From contig JAUICG010000004.1 of assembly GCA_030427485.1 (NCBI GenBank), positions 122,955-186,954 of the forward strand: a DNA stretch of 64,000 nt, read 5' to 3'. Position 1 is the first letter of the stretch; each line of letters begins with the position of its first letter. The stretch is from Gammaproteobacteria bacterium. Lineage in GTDB: Bacteria; Pseudomonadota; Gammaproteobacteria; Pseudomonadales; Halieaceae. The notes under the pieces are model-generated. The model was not told the origin of the DNA. It worked only from the letters and a program-made list of their open reading frames with translations, and made no database searches. Positions 62,955 to 64,000 of this stretch are shown here, piece by piece. The position numbers were made by a program, and so were the translations under genes.

Positions 62955-63706
62955 CCGATGCGGTCGATCCATTCGTAGCCCTGCGCCCGCATGATGTCCA
63001 GCACCGGCTCGCGACATCCGGCGGTTTCTATGCACCAGCAATCAACGCTAATCGCATCGAAAGGGAAGCTTTCCAGTACCGGCGTTTCCGCACCCTCGAT
63101 ATCCACACACAACAGGTCAATTCGCGTGATATCCTGCGCCAGCAGGATATCACCCAGGCGCTGTGTTTCGCGGGTATCGACGCGCAGGCTGGTGCTGGCC
63201 TGCTCATCCACCCAGGCGCGCCGCGTCGCATCGTAACTCGCAACCAGGCCGCTCATCTGTACCGGCCCGGCGTCGATGGTGAGGAATTCCGCCGGCCCGC
63301 CATCGCCGACCAGCGCCTGGACGCAGGCACAGCGGCGAAACGCGCTGGCGGCGTCGAAATGCTCGGGCACGGCCTCGATCATCAGGCCGGACCAGCCGCG
63401 GAAGATTTCAAAGAACAGGCAGTTGGAGCCGGTCACGCCGTCGAAGCCGCCCACCTCGACGAACACGCCGTCGCGCTTGCCACCGAAGATATGGTTGTCC
63501 AGGTAGGCATCCTGCCCGTACTGTGAAAAAAAGCGGTCGCGGCTCGCCTGTCCGGCCGCGCATTCCCACAGCAGTGCGTTGATTCTGCCGCGCAGGAGGG
63601 GGTCTTCTGTCGAGTCCGCCAGGTGGGCGAGGTCGTGGTAGGCGGCGGCAAGATCGCGCTTCGCCGAGTCGACGCTGGCGCTCGTGCGGAGTACGGCTGG
63701 ATCCAA
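62918..63706 (-). CDS. FkbM-family methyltransferase
   Basis: GVFVEVGGFDGVTGSNCLFFE...GWSGLMIEAVPEHF is an FkbM/SAM-MTase motif. The track ORF reaches 63898 but overlaps the PEP-CTERM gene. A TTG at 63706, 4 nt after that gene's stop, is my tentative start. Confidence 0.7.
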   Translation of the reverse strand: MDPAVLRTSASVDSAKRDLAAAYHDLAHLADSTEDPLLRGRINALLWECAAGQASRDRFFSQYGQDAYLDNHIFGGKRDGVFVEVGGFDGVTGSNCLFFEIFRGWSGLMIEAVPEHFDAASAFRRCACVQALVGDGGPAEFLTIDAGPVQMSGLVASYDATRRAWVDEQASTSLRVDTRETQRLGDILLAQDITRIDLLCVDIEGAETPVLESFPFDAISVDCWCIETAGCREPVLDIMRAQGYEWIDRIGHDDLFAVPALA

Positions 63707-63710
63707 GCGT

Positions 63711-64000
63711 TCAGTCTTCCCTGCGTCGGCGTCCGATTCTGTCTGCGGCGAGCAGCCCGACCAACCACGGCAGCACCAGCATCCCGGTGCCGGGGGCAGG
63801 TACCGCGGCAGGCTCGTAGGTGTAACTGTAGGCGATGACGCCGGTGGTATTCCCGGTGGGGAAGACTGAACCGTCGCCGAACAGGAGGTTGAAGTCAAAC
63901 GTGACCGTGTTCAGGTCGACGCCTATGTTGTTGATATCCAACTGGACGGTGGCCATTCCGTCCGCCAGGTCGCGCACAAGTGCCTCGGTCAGGTCCACGC
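63711..64000 (-). CDS. PEP-CTERM sorting-domain protein, C-terminal part (open to the right edge)
   Basis: It ends ...YEPAAVPAPGTGMLVLPWLVGLLAADRIGRRRRED, which is a VPAP/PEP motif, a TM helix and an Arg cluster. The frame is open to the window edge. Confidence 0.7.
   Translation of the reverse strand, partial: VDLTEALVRDLADGMATVQLDINNIGVDLNTVTFDFNLLFGDGSVFPTGNTTGVIAYSYTYEPAAVPAPGTGMLVLPWLVGLLAADRIGRRRRED

Overview
The window looks like a gammaproteobacterial chromosome and falls into four blocks. No rRNA, tRNA, CRISPR array or intact integrase/transposase was found.

(1) 1-13.6 kb is a visibly AT-richer copper/silver resistance island. It holds cusS (partial), cusR, copA with four small accessory genes, cusCBA, a 2-TM ion-channel gene and two secreted proteins. 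The same cop-box-like operator occurs at two places.

(2) 13.6-17.5 kb is an IS graveyard. IS6, IS5 and IS3 transposase remnants surround a split hypothetical gene.

(3) 17.5-47 kb is a defence/conflict island.
- Two giant proteins (1792 and 1296 aa) each combine an N-terminal Cap4/DUF4297-like nuclease, a P-loop NTPase and a long helical C-terminal region.
- They flank an AbiEi/AbiEii pair. AbiEii is broken by an 8-bp tandem triplication, and its stop overlaps the start of the 1296-aa gene.
- Other contents are a UPF0149/SEC-C protein, three Fic-domain genes (one frameshifted in a G5A7 tract, one TPR fusion), a RelE/XRE TA pair directly upstream of a complete Wadjet jetABCD operon, and higBA coupled to a degraded AEP-primase/SF2-helicase pseudogene.
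- The island is partitioned by five same-orientation copies of a ~105-nt intergenic element that I cannot assign to any known class. Each copy has an ATGGTATTTTTCATGGTATT block and a conserved 3' block containing a -10-like hexamer.

(4) 47-64 kb is GC-rich core-like DNA. It holds three Fur-box-preceded units with two TonB-dependent receptors and PepSY membrane proteins, a pirin/LysR pair, a KefB/C-type antiporter with its KefF/G partner, DUF4254, a TPR-GT9 glycosyltransferase, an FkbM methyltransferase and a partial PEP-CTERM protein.

The best novelty candidates are the nuclease-NTPase giants with the embedded AbiE module, and the repeated cassette-boundary element.
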